Origin: Utricularia gibba
Taxonomy: Eukaryota; Plantae; Magnoliophyta
Reading direction: 5' to 3'
Length of the DNA: 64,000 bases
Assembly (NCBI GenBank): GCA_002189035.1
Contig: CM007989.1
Span: 620,001 to 684,000, forward strand
The translations under genes were made by a program, and so were the position numbers. The stretch's first letter is position 1. Each line of letters opens with the position of its first letter. Below, in pieces: positions 23,888 to 36,169 of this stretch. Below the pieces are notes generated by a model. It was not told the DNA's origin. It searched no databases and saw only the letters and a program-made list of their open reading frames with translations.

Positions 23888-25482
23888 ATGCCGGCGGGGC
23901 ACGGGCTTCGTTCACGGACGCGGGATCTTTTCGCCCGGCCGTTTAGGAAGAAGGGGCCGACGCACTTGTCGACGTATCTCCGAGTATACAAAATCGGAGA
24001 TTATGTTGATGTCAAAGTTAATGGATCCATCCACAAGGGGATGCCTCACAAGTTCTATCATGGCCGCACTGGCCGCGTTTGGAATGTAACGAAGCGTGCA
24101 ATCGGGGTCGAGGTCAACAAACAGGTCATAATTCGCTATTCTGAGTCCTTTCTTGGTACATTTTGATTTGATATGAAGTTCATATGTTTTTCCAGTATGG
24201 GGTTTCTACTTATAGTTGCCCTTGATTTTTGAAAAAGGCATGTAATGATTTTCTGTATGTTGCTTTTTCATACGTTGGTTTTGGTTTTTACTGGGTGTCG
24301 ATGATGACAAAATCAAGGCTTGTTTCTCAAAACATTCGCAGTGGCCGCCTGAGAGCTTTCGCCTTCGCCGGGCTCGAGAGCTTATGCTGCTTATTCCTTC
24401 CTTGGATGTCTGAGACTCTCTCATTGTTGTCATTTTTAAGTGAACTTGTTATGACTTTTATTCTGTATTGAGCATTTCAATTGTGTGAAGTCTTTTTCTA
24501 ATGATCATGCTCTTGGCTAGCATGTGGAGGATGTCCATGATGATAAAATCAAGGCTTGTTTCTCAAAACATTCGCAGTGGCCGCCTGAGAGCTTTCGCCT
24601 TCGCCGGGCTTGAGAGCTTGTGCTGCTTATTCCTTCCTTGGATGTCTGAGATTTTCATTGTTCCCATTTTTTGAGTAGCCTTTGTATGACCAATTTTTTA
24701 ATCAGCATCTCATTTGTTTGGGGTCTTTGTCTAATTATCATGCTGTTCGCTAGTATGTGAAAGATGTCTATGATGATAAAATCAAGGCTTGTTTCTCAAA
24801 ACATTCGCAGTGGCCGCCTGAGAGCTTTCGCCTTCGCCAGGCTTGAGAGCTTATGCTGCTTATTCCTTCCTTGGATGTCTGAGACACGCATGTTTTGCTC
24901 AGGATTGAAATTTGAAAATTTTAAAAAGATGTACCATCTCATCTATGCAGGGTTGAGATTGAACGTTTTCAGTTTTGTGGGTTTTTAGCTGCTGTCTCTA
25001 TGCATCTATGATGACAATCCTAAGGCTTGTTTCTCAAAACATTCGCAGTGGCCGCCTAAGAGCTTTCGCCTTCGCCAGGCTTGAGAGCTTGTGCTGCTTA
25101 TCCCATCCTTGGATGTCTGAGATGAAATAGTCTTCCCATTCCCAAATGTGCTGCTACATCTGTTGGGTTCCACTTTTGAGCATAGTTGAATTAACCCTGA
25201 TTCTTCTGTTCTCCATTGCAGGTTGGCAACAGAATCATCAGGAAGAGAATACATGTTCGTATCGAACATGTTCAACCATCTCGTTGCCACGAGGATTTCT
25301 TGCAGAGAGTGAGGAAAAACGACGAGCTGAAAGCGGAGGCAAAGGCGCAAGGTAAAATCATCAGCACCAAAAGGCAGCCAGAGGGACCGAAGCCTGGCTT
25401 CATGTTGTTGGAGGTCGCAACTCTTGAAACTGTAACACCAATTCCATATGATGTTGTGAATGATCTCAAGGGAGGATACTGA
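23888..25482 (+). CDS. RPL21: 60S ribosomal protein eL21; exons 23888-24124 and 25222-25482; 1097-nt intron hosts snoRNAs
   Basis: [19 protein letters not shown]...[21 protein letters not shown]...NKQ|[22 protein letters not shown]...[14 protein letters not shown]. Phase-0 GT-AG intron. Confidence 0.98.
24296..24418 (+). ncRNA. U14: U14 box C/D snoRNA, copy 1 (intronic in RPL21)
   Basis: Box C ATGATGA at 24301, domain A AACATTCGCAGT, plant Y-domain (GAGAGCTTTCGCC...GCTCGAGAGC), domain B CCTTCCTTGGATGT (complementary to 18S ACAUCCAAGGAAGG), box D CTGA at 24410, and a short terminal stem GTC/GAC. Confidence 0.95.
24532..24653 (+). ncRNA. U14: U14 box C/D snoRNA, copy 2
   Basis: Box C at 24538, domains A and B intact, box D CTGA at 24646. 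Confidence 0.95.
24764..24887 (+). ncRNA. U14: U14 box C/D snoRNA, copy 3
   Basis: Box C at 24770, domains A and B intact, box D CTGA at 24879, terminal stem TGTC/GACA. Confidence 0.95.
25002..25125 (+). ncRNA. U14: U14 box C/D snoRNA, copy 4 (most divergent)
   Basis: Box C at 25008, domain A intact, domain B variant CCATCCTTGGATGT, box D CTGA at 25117, terminal stem CATC/GATG. Confidence 0.93.
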
Positions 25483-25948
25483 GAGAGCAGGACACCCCTT
25501 TTCTCCCTTTCCAGGATATGGAATCACTTGGCGGAATTCTGCCTTTTTTTTTTTCATTTTTTAACCCAAAGCCGATATTTTTCAAATTTAATTGGCTTTT
25601 AATTCTAATAAGGTATAGAAGTTAGGTTAAAAATTCCGGAATCCCCAATTTCAATTTGGTGGCGTCTACGTCATTTTATTTCATCTAAACGACGTCGCAT
25701 TAGGCGTGCGATGAGTAATGGCTAGTCCCTGTCTGCCTCTGCCCCGAGCGAGTCAGTTTCATCTCTCAGAGGAAATTAGTTTTAGGCGATGCTGATACTT
25801 CATCGGTTTCAATTTCATTTTGTAATATTGACGTCTCTTTTCTTCATTTGATCGAGCGTTGATTTCTTCGCTGTCGCCTCCGGATTTGGGAAAGTTTGGG
25901 TTCTTCGATTTTTGTTTTTGTTTTATACTTGATCGTGAGAGCCGAAGG

Positions 25949-27591
25949 ATGGAGAGCCCTAATTCTGATGATTATCTGATGTGGAGCCTGAGGAAGATGT
26001 GGGAATAGATGACCCTTCTACTAGTTCACCCTCCAGATTGTTTGGGTCCCAGGATTCGGTTCATCCGGCGATGGCTGGCAGAAAGGGTGTGTTGTTTAAG
26101 GAGTAAATGCGCTTTTTGAATGAATTTACTCGTTACGAAAAAACTTCAAAAGCAGGTTTTGTGTGCTATTCTGAGTAAATGTGCTTTTTCGATGAATTTA
26201 ATGATCATCCTACAAATCCGTAATGGGTATTGTGGTATTCCGAGTTGTGCTGCTTTTGAAGTTATTTTTACTTGGTTAGTGATTAGCGGGAAACGAATTT
26301 ATTTGCTTCTAATTTCGTTGGATATTTATTCTGGCATCCTCTGCTTTTTCTTTCAGAGCATGAACGCAGTTATTCGTGTAGCATTTTTGAAATATGTGTT
26401 CGTTGCTGCTACTCTAATTGTCATGTATTATGCATCCGCATCTTCATTGCTCGATGACTAACTCGTATCTCTTGTTTTGTCGTTAGCTTCGGATTCCACT
26501 CAATGGAGACAACAACATATGTTGTTTGGCATAGGTGTTGCTGCTACTGTATCGTGGTTGTTAATAGAGCGCTCGGGGATATCATTTTTATCTCTTTCTT
26601 CAGACATCCTGCTGATCATAGTTGTATCTCTGTTCCTTCGAGCAAATTATGCAGTATATAGAAAAAAGTATAACTAAGTTTTTTCCAATCTTCCCTTAGA
26701 AAATTAGCTTTGCTTCACTCATGAAACATATGCACGGTTTGCTTTCTTCATACAGGCCACTTCCTACACTACCTGGACTAGTTCTCTCAGAGGAAATGAT
26801 AAATAATGCAGCTTCTGTGTTTCGTGTAAAAGTCAATTATTTCCTCCTTATGGCGCATGATATCACACTTGGCAAAGATTTCCGACTTTTCCTTAAGGTT
26901 AGCTAATTTATCTCTTTCTTCAAGGCTAACTATCCCTGTAAGCTTTTATTTACATGCTGATGTTGTCTATCACACTTTGTGTTGCCTTAGTTGGCCTGGG
27001 TTTGGCCACCATTTACTTTCCTCTATGCAGTTCATTTGATGATTATTTCATTGTTTTTATTGCAATTTCAGGTTCTGATTGCTCTGTGGCTCTTATCTGT
27101 CTGTGGTAGCATCATATCATTCAGCACTCTCGCATATATAGGTACCACTTAGCAGTTATTATCATTTGCGTGCTTCTTCTAGCTTTTTGGTCAAATGACT
27201 GGTCAGCGATTTTTGCTGTTCTAATAGTGCGTGTGCCACTTGATGTTATTGGCTTAAAGTTTGAATTGGTAGATTAAGAGTTGAAATCTTAAGGATGTTT
27301 ATTACCTTTTGGTATTTGAATCTGAAGTTGGTGCCTGAGTGTTTTTATTATTGGGTACTGTAAATTTTGTATCACTTAACCAAGGGATGGTGGGTAAGAG
27401 GAAATGGTTTATATTGAGTTGCAGGTATCATCATCTCCTTGACACTCCCAGCTTTGAACGAAAAATTTGGAGTCCAATTGGATCGCTGTACTGGGATGAT
27501 CCAGCGCTCATTCACAAAGCACTATAAGATAGTAGATGATCGTTTGCACCCAAAACTGCCCAAACCTCAACCAAAAGATAAGGATTCTTAG
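25949..27591 (+). CDS. Reticulon-like protein (RTNLB22/23-like), multi-exon; apparent frameshift at ~25972
   Basis: [17 protein letters not shown]|[31 protein letters not shown]...FLRANYA...[23 protein letters not shown]...[10 protein letters not shown] are reticulon homology domain motifs. Confidence 0.85.
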
Positions 27592-27945
27592 CCACTGGTT
27601 GTGACTTTTCCCAATCTCTTTGCACTTGAAAAGCACTAAGCAAGTATATGTTCAATCTAAGGATGTTGCTTGCTTCATTTGATATGTGACTTTGTATATG
27701 TTGAGACAAAACTCTCACCTTCCTTCGAAGTGCTTGTGTTTTTGGTGTATACAATATACATGCAGCTAGGAGGTGAATTGAAACGTTGTGACGGGTGGAA
27801 AGGGGCCATTTACAGAATCCATAAAAATCTCAAGAATGGATGACATCATGATCAGAGTAAGCAAATGCAATGAAGGGAATGAGAATTCATGACGCTTCGT
27901 CATGTTAAACACACTGTGTTTGTCATTCTGTGAACAATTACAGTA

Positions 27946-29143
27946 TCAGAACGTGGTGCTGCTTTCGCTGGCGGACACCGATGTGTCCTCATTGTTGCGG
28001 ATATCTAGGCCTTGGAACCTCCCCAGAGGATCATGTTGATGAGAGGAAATGCCTCCCGGAATGTGAGGATGGTATGGAGATACCTGCGCTCCCCTGCAGA
28101 GAGATTGTGGTTTGTTGTCTGAGGTGGGAAGTAGCCTGCTTGATTGTAGGGTGCAAATGTGAATGCATCAAGGTTGTGGGACGTTTCTCCGGTTGCAATT
28201 CGCAGCCTCTCGACTTCTTGCTTCAGTGCTTCATTCAAAGCTGAGGAAGATTGTGGCAGTAGGGCTCACAGTTTTTACAGGTGAGAGCATATGAAACAAG
28301 CATCAGTTGTTGGTTCTTGGGCTTACCATCTCGCAGCTGAGCTTGCTGTTCCATTGCCTGTAACCGGAGCTTCAGGCCCGTGTTCTCCTTGCTCAGCCCT
28401 GTTGTATCTCTCTGCCAGACAAGTGGATTTCAAATCACCTGTAAACGATAACTGAACAGAGCACTAACCTCTATTCTATGCATGAGAAGTGGTTCATGGA
28501 ACCTGGAAAAGGGTCAGCTGAGCAGATAGAGTCGTGGCCTCAGTTTGCAGGGTCTGAACCTTTCTCTCCAGCTCTGATATGTAGCGCGCTTTTCTTTCCT
28601 TTGATCGTGCCGCAGAATGGCGATTCGCCAAAATCCTGAACAATTCCGTTGAGATCCAGAGCTGGAGTTGGTGAAGAAAATGGTGATTTGAGGAATCAAA
28701 CCTTTTGGCGCGTTTGGGATCGATTGTCCATAGCTCTGCAAGTTTATCTGGAGCCATGGCTTTTTTTGCTTCAATGCTGCTAGTGCTCTCGTTCAGCAAC
28801 AAACTGGAACTATCCACCGAATTACTATACCGGTGCCGCGGCCTGATTCCGCCGCCGGGCTTGTCCTTCACAGCCGCCGAGGACCCGCCGCAGGTCACAT
28901 TGTCGGAACCCGAATCAGCGAACCCAGATCCGCCGCAGAGCTTCTCGATGTCCATATACGTAGACAGCAGATCATCCTCGGATCCCATCTCCTCGAAACT
29001 CCCAGCGGGCTCGTCAAACTGGTCGGACCCCAGATCTACACGGAAGTTGAACTCGGAGTGCGCTCGCCGGTGGTGGGCCGTCCGCATTGCCCCGAATACG
29101 GCGGCGCGTGGGATGGAGATTGCTTGGAGTTGGGATCTTGCAT
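27946..29143 (-). CDS. Group I bZIP transcription factor (bZIP18/RF2b/VIP1-like), 4 exons; two apparent frameshifts (~29091, ~28092)
   Basis: [47 protein letters not shown]|[40 protein letters not shown], and a shifted C-terminus [14 protein letters not shown]...SESSTTF*. Confidence 0.92.
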
Positions 29144-29894
29144 AGCAGCTTCACAACGCAGGAACACGCTCGCTCCCCGCGGAAATCAATCATCCATCGG
29201 AATGAGAACACAGTAGCTTCCTCCTGGTGTCGCAACTGGGCTTCGTCCCGCTTGACAATAATGGCGAAGCGCTAGCATCTGTCCATCTATCTATCCATCC
29301 ACCTTTTTGTTGCGCACCAATCCAAAAACTTCGTCATTTCTACATCCGCGTAGAAGCTCATGTCTACAGATGCACATTAACTTCCCCCTCCCACTTAACC
29401 AGTCACCGCATTGTTTACTGCACCAGACACCCTTCTTCACATGCAGTAGAATCTGCAACTTTTTTTCTACTCACACATAACCGCCCAGAAGCTTAATAAA
29501 GATGGAACGACAATTAACCCCAGAAAGCGGTTGGTTGGGATGATTTGACTGATGTTGAAGAATAGGTCCCTGTTGTTAGAAACAGTCTCTGAGGTAATGG
29601 TAATAAAGAACTCAGGGGTTGATGTGGGCTTCCACGTGTAATAATTCTTTAAAGAATCAATGTCAGTAATTGTTTGCATGTGCATGCCACTTTCTGTGGG
29701 GAGACTCCCATTAAATGCCTCCCCCCCAGCACAGTGCACAGGGATGATGATGGCTGAGGCCGTTGAATCTGTTTCTGTGTCAATCAATTTAATGGTGTGG
29801 AGGAGAAGATCAGCTGAGTTCATGGTAAGTGAAACATACAAGTTGCAACACGCAGCAGTGGAGATGAAGGATGGAGCTTGTCTGGATTTTGCAG

Positions 29895-31835
29895 TCATGG
29901 GGTTTCAGCATTGGACACGTTATCCTCTGAGGAGGGCCGGTTCTCGTGCTCCGAGGGTCGAATATCCTCGATCAGGCGAACCACTTGAGCCATGGTTGGT
30001 CTGGTTTCAGGGGTTTTAGCTACGCAGGAAAGCCCGATCTGCAGCATCTGCACCATCTCCTCTTCGATGTAGTTCACCTTCAAGAGCTCTGCATCGAACA
30101 CCTCGGCCGTCCACTCCTCCCGGACCACGGACCGCACCCATTTCGGCAGATCGAAGCCGTCGCTGTGCCCGGTGGGAGACTTTCCGGTGAGCATCTCCAG
30201 CAAGAGCACTCCAAAGCTGTAGACATCAGACTTTTGGCTGATTTTCTTTGTTTCGATGACCTCTGGGGCTCTGTAGCCCGGAGCTCGAGGCTTTACTGGG
30301 ATGTAGTTCATCATACAGCTCAGGCCGAAATCGGAGACGCAGCCAACCAGGTCTCTGGTGAGGAGTATGTTGGAGGACTTGATGTTTCCATGGAAATACC
30401 TACCGCCACCTTCAGAATGGATGTGAGCAAGTCCTCTGGCAGCTCCAAGGGAAATGCTGAGCCTTGATTCCCAATCTAAAGCCCCTTCACTCCTTCTAGT
30501 TCCTGATCAAAAATGAACAAGGAGAATTATATCGAAAACAAGGAAAATTGAATGCCTCATGAATGATTCATACAATGCACAGCAGTACCATGTAAAGCAG
30601 AGTGCAAGCTTCCCACAGACATGTACTCGTAAACGAGAAGCTTCTCATCCTTGGAGAAATAGAAAGCAAGCAATGGAATAAGATTGGGGTGCCTCCCATG
30701 CTTGTTAATGATCTCCATTTGTTGTTCGAATTCCTTCTTTCCGATTTCCAAGTCCTTTAGTCGTTTAACAACGACTACGGTTGCTTCATCCAGAATGGCT
30801 TTGTAAGCTGTTCCATAGCTTCCTTTCCCTAGAACTTCAGCTGATGCCCTCAGCAAGTCCTCTAGATCAAAGCTAAGTGAGCATCCCTCAAAGAATACAA
30901 GCTTGTTCTTTTCAGCTCCTTGCACCCACTTCCAAAATCTTCAGACTTCAAGTTGTCAGTTTTGGTATCAGTTGCAGCCTTAGCTATAATCACAGTGGTT
31001 TCTGAACTACCCTTCGTTTTCAGGAACCAACAAACAAACGCCAATGCAAAAAGAATCGAAAGAGAAGCTCCACAGATTGCGATAGCAATGATGGCTCCTG
31101 AACTAAGCCTTGCTGATTTGGAACTTCCCTGAGTAGCTGGAGAACTAGGGGCAAGTGATGGGACGAGGCCTGAGCAAGTATCAAGAGGAGAGCCACATAA
31201 CTGTTGGTTTCCGATAAAAGAAGAAACAGGGAACTTCTGAAGGGATGCAGGAATTGGACCACTCAACAAGTTATGACTCAGGTTCAGAATTCCAAGTCTG
31301 GGAAGATTCAGATCAGGGATCATCCCGGACAAGAGGTTTCCTTGGAGGTTTAAGACAGACAATCTCTTCAAATTACTCAATGACAATGGAATGTCCCCAC
31401 TGAATGAGTTAAATGAGAGATTGATTATGTTCAGATGAGGGGAAAGAGACGATGGAATTCTACCTGAGAAATTGTTGTTTTGCAGGAAAATGGAATGAAG
31501 TGATGGAATTGAAAGTATTTCAGAAGGGAGCTCTCCACTTAAAAAGTTGGATCTCAAACTGAGAACTTGTAATGCATCAAGTTTAGCAATAGTATTCCCA
31601 GGGATGGGACCATAAAGTCCAACAGCAGGGAGATGAATCCCACAACTCTACTTCCATCCCTACTACAAGTAATCCCAATCCATGAACTACATACTGGACT
31701 TGTAGATTCCCAGTTGAGCTGTCGAGCATGCGGGACGTTTACCATGAAGCTGAGAAGTGCCGATGCATCAGAGTTGAGATCAGAGTGGCCATATGGTAAA
31801 ATGAACGCCACCAGCAGCAGCAGCAGAAGCTCCAT
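29895..31835 (-). CDS. LRR-III atypical receptor kinase (At5g58300-like), 2 exons; two apparent frameshifts (~31640, ~30926)
   Basis: Signal peptide, LRRNT ([18 protein letters not shown]), LRRs, TM, KLVFFEG...[33 protein letters not shown] (no HRD), GYRAPEV and [16 protein letters not shown]. Intron at 30588-30503. Confidence 0.92.
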
Positions 31836-32899
31836 TTAGGGTTGTATTCTTCAGCAGTTAAAGCAATGAAAACCAGTGCTTGAAGAAGCAGTAAGACGAA
31901 AAAACAAAACAGAGGGGAAAAACCAATGACAACCAGCAACAAAGTGAGGCTAAACAGTAAGTAAGAGCCGTGCAAGAATCTGATAAAAAGCAAAGTGATA
32001 CCCCCAATTCAGCTTACCCCTTTATTTCAAAAAGCTAGAGAAGCTAAAGCAAAGTTTATCATAGTGGAAAGCAGACGTCACCGGTGTTCAAAATATATAT
32101 ATATATTTGTACATCATGCATTTTGTATGCATCTTGAGTTAATCATGAATCTGGGAAGCAATTAAGAAAAAAACCCACCAACATATAAAGCAAAAGCAAA
32201 AGTTTGAGAGTGGCTTTCGGCACATACTAAACCAAAGCAGGGTATTCTATGTAGGAAAGGTGTATTCCAGTGCCGTTATTAACAACTCAAAAGAACAGGA
32301 GGGGAATCCAGATTCAGAGAACAAATGCTTCATTCAAATGTAGGCAACAACATGAAACAAAAAAGCAAGGCTTACGGCACAAATACAGGAAGATGAACCA
32401 AATTTTCTGCAGAAATTGACAAACCCAAAACCGCCAAAGTAAAGAATCATGAGTTTCATGGCCATAACGGCAATGGGTCAAACCTAATTTACTACCAACG
32501 CTAATAACTGAAGTCTTAAAATGCCAGAACTTTTGAGTTTTGACAGCGAAACCTAATGCCTAACACCCAGTAGTATATCCCATATGCTACATAATCAAGG
32601 CTGGATTCATGTCTCTCCACTGACAACTACAGTAAATCAACGGAGCTTACACAGATCAGTTATTATGTATGTACTACTATTTGCAGTGAAATTCATTGCA
32701 AGTTGTTATTGGGCTGGCCTAACAAAGGATGGGCCTAAAGGCCCATTATGGGCCCATACTAAGATTTAAAACATTTTACTTAAAGAAGGAATTATCTGTA
32801 CGGTTCTACTTTTCAGTTCTCTCCGGTGCTCAATTCTCTTCAGTTTTCAGAGCAGAAAAGGAGAGGGGACGCCGCGAAGTAAATAATCAGAAGGAAATC

Positions 32900-34403
32900 A
32901 TGGCCCTTGGAGTTCCTTACTCTTCCTTCAAGATTTCCTCGCCTGTGGATCCTCAGCGCCGACATGTCTGGGACCGATCCCTGCGTGCTTGTCGGCCGAG
33001 GGCCACCCTCGCCGTGGACACTCCGTCATCCTCCGCGTCCCAACCTGGAGGCGCTCCGAAGCTCCTGCTTGAAGTCAAGGATTTATCGGCAGTTATCTCG
33101 GAGTCGAAGCAGCAAATCTTGAAAGGAGTTAACCTTACTGTCCACGAAGGCGAGGTTTGAGTTTGCTGCTCAATTTTAAATATCAGCACTTCCTAATATT
33201 GAATTTTATTCTTTTTTCCTTGTGTGTGGTGTTGGATATGAAGGTTCATGCGGTGATGGGGAAGAATGGTTCTGGGAAGAGTACATTTGCAAAGGTTACT
33301 GCAATGCTACAGAAAAAACCATATTTCCAATCAGATTTAGTGCTTGTTTGAATTTTTGTGTAGCTTGTGGTCAGGTTTTGGTAGGTCATCCAGATTATGA
33401 AATCACTGGAGGCAGTGTGATATATAAAGGTCAAAACTTGCTTGAGATGGAAGCTGAGGACAGAGCTATTGCAGGATTGTTCATGAGTTTCCAGTCACCA
33501 GTTGAGATTCCTGGCGTTTGCAATATCGATTTCCTTAATATGGCATACAACGCACGGCGAAGGAAACTTGGACTACCAGAACTTGGACCCATCGAGGTCA
33601 AATTCCTTTCACCTGTTGGGGAGGATCTGTTCAGCTTTGAGAAGTCTAATGAGTTTTGTTTTTGCAGTTTTACGGTTACGTCGCACCAAAGCTGGAGCTC
33701 GTGAACATGAAGATCGATTTCTTGAACAGAAATGTGAATGAAGGATTCAGTGGGGGTGAAAGGAAGCGTAATGAGATCCTTCAGCTAGCGGTTCTCATTC
33801 CCCTCTGCTGCTTTACCTCTATTTTGATCATATTTGCGTATTCGTTCGACTCGTTTCATAAGCATGATAAGTAGCATTTGAGCAGAAGCATCTGAACCAC
33901 TTAAAGCTTCTACATGTTAATGCTTATTTTGCAACCGAGGATCAAATAAGTGGACATGATCTCCACCATTCTCATGTTCTTGATTGAAGTGGTTTTATAA
34001 AGACTGATGTTTTACCCATCTTTTCCACTAGGTTTTGGGCGCAGATTTGGCCATTTTGGATGAAATCGACTCCGGTTTAGACGTCGATGCTCTACGGGAT
34101 GTTGCAGCAGCAGTTAACAGGCTCTTGACGCCCAAAAATTCATTCTTGATGATCACTCACTATCTGCGATTGCTGGACTTCATCAAACCTATGTATGTCC
34201 ACATAATGGTAAGTAAGATGCCACTTCCTACATCAAAATCACATGCGTTTTCGGTGAGATTTTGATCGTGCATTGCGTAACTGGTTTAATCGTGTTCGTG
34301 ACGACTGCAGGAGAACGGTAGGATCGTTGAAACCGGAGATATATCTTTAGCACAAGTTCTTGAAAGAGAGGGCTACAAAGCAATCTCAGGCTCCCAGAGA
34401 TGA
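32900..34403 (+). CDS. ABCI6: Plastid Fe-S assembly ABC ATPase SufC, multi-exon
   Basis: Transit peptide, LLEVKDL, Walker [23 protein letters not shown], signature [20 protein letters not shown], Walker [20 protein letters not shown] and C-terminal GYKAISG. Confidence 0.96.
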
Positions 34404-34531
34404 TCTCCCTGGGAGCAGCAATTTCAGACTGGCACAAATCTCTTTCAACTTGATACATGTACATTTCTCTGGATGAGAAAATAAGGTTATGTCCTCAGAA
34501 AATTGGTTTACATTTCCTTTTACATGTGGGT

Positions 34532-36169
34532 TCAGTCGAAGGGGTCTATTCTTGGGTCATGTTCGCTAGCCATCGCCATTCCGGTGCAAAGACATGTAGG
34601 GCACATCACCTGCAGGCGGGAAACCGGATTCCATCACAAATTACATGTATGATACGAATCAGGGAGGGGGATTGTGGAGGTACCTTCCCGGAACCGGAGC
34701 AGCTGGAACATCTTTCTGTTTTTGGAGGGTGCAATGGCTTGTCACCAACGTTCATTGTTGAGATGGGATCAGCAAGGACTACAGATCCAGTGCTCGAACA
34801 CCGAGCACAAGCAAGATATCCTGCGTGGTTTATGGAAAGCACAAAAAGAGTATTGCAATTAGCGCTTGGAGCGGGGTGTATTGTATGTAGTTGGAATGAT
34901 GAGAGGGCGAGAGTTCAGTCAGTGACAATGATTTAACCTGTGCCAAGGCAGTACTTGCACCTTTTCTGCTCTTGCTGCTTCACATTATTCATCTCCACGA
35001 CCATCAGTGCTGATATGACTCCAACTGCTCCTCCTGAGAAGGATGCCACAATTGGATCCACTTGACTGATAAGACCAAGAAACGCAGTTTTCAGTAAAAC
35101 ACTGAACATGGGAATACAAGGAACTACTTGCCCTAGAAACTAGAATGTGCAACTTAGGGAATAAATGAGCATTCAGAGTAACACCTCAGTTGCATTGGCA
35201 GATGCATGCTTTGGATAAAATCAGCATACGATGTTCCTCCAAGTCCAAGTTTCAGCTCTAGCTGGTGTAAGACAGTGGCGTAGTCTTGTTTCATGGACAA
35301 ATTACAAGGAACAAATAACAATCCATACTAACAAAGGGCAAGCCACAATGCACCCAAATGGTTGATCACACAAGGACACTCTAAAGTCTAGCCAAATCTT
35401 CAGGGAAATTGACGAACGCAAGCACTTACAGTCGGAGCAAGAAGTCCACCAAACAGCATGATGCCAGCCATAAGAGAAAAGCAGGTGCCGTAGTACACTC
35501 TAAGGTTGGATGAGTTCTGTTCGAAACAACATTCGGTATCGTGAAAGGTGCTAAACTCAACAAAGATCATGCTCACAATGTACTCTAAGAATGGTTGAAC
35601 TGGATTGTCTTACCAGCGGTGGCAAAAAAGGAATGAATGAAGGGTAATTTGCCAGTTCGTTTTCTTGAGTTTCCTTCGTGATCCCTAGCTCCGCATTCTT
35701 AATTCTTTGCTGTATCCTAAGCCGGCGGACCTGAATGCCGCATGATAAGACTACAGTATACCCGGTAACGCAGAATCACAATTACCTCCTCCATGTGCAG
35801 GAAAATCTTATTCCTCCGGCTCCGAATATTATCCTGAATTTCCTGCAACTCCATTTTCGCGAAATCCTGGACCGTCTCGGGGCCCTCTATTATACAAAAC
35901 CTAAATCAGAATCAATGAACATCAAACTCAATCGCGCATTCGCAAAGAACAAAAGAAGCAGTCAATCAATCCTGATGGTAATCTTACGCAGATGGACTCA
36001 TTTCAGCTGATAAATCGGTCTCCGATGAGTTCAGAGAGGCGTCGGCGTCCGCCGCCAAGGTTCTCCACCTGAGACAAAAGTTGAGATTCCGCTTCTTAAA
36101 GTGTGAGTAACAGAACAACGCCGGCGCCGGCGCCTGAGAAATTGCGAGAATTCGTCCAGAAAAGGGCAT
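34532..36169 (-). CDS. OR: ORANGE protein (DnaJ-like Cys-rich plastid chaperone), multi-exon
   Basis: FCIIEGPETVQDFAKMELQEIQDNIRSRRNKIFLHMEE; CxxCxGxG repeats CKYCLGTG, CARCSSTG, CSSCSGSG and CPTCLCTG; ends MASEHDPRIDPFD*. Confidence 0.95.

Noticed and set aside
24296-25125. Regularly spaced repeats that superficially resemble a CRISPR array
   Set aside because: The context is eukaryotic, units are ~120 nt with related spacers, and the box C/D and rRNA-antisense elements identify them as U14.
24206-25557. Several 70-180 aa ORFs with repeated peptides ([19 protein letters not shown]) in the RPL21 intron
   Set aside because: They are translations of the U14 snoRNA copies, not proteins.
29946-30467. 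173-aa antisense ORF over the RLK kinase exon (and similar antisense ORFs over bZIP, GATL and PADRE)
   Set aside because: These are codon-bias shadows of GC-rich sense exons with no independent features.
29895-30502. Kinase domain lacking the catalytic HRD (HGN instead)
   Set aside because: This is normal for LRR-III atypical receptor kinases.
35800-35830. ORANGE 'golden SNP' position (IRS-R/H-RNK)
   Set aside because: The codon is CGG (Arg), the ordinary allele, not the carotenoid-enhancing His.
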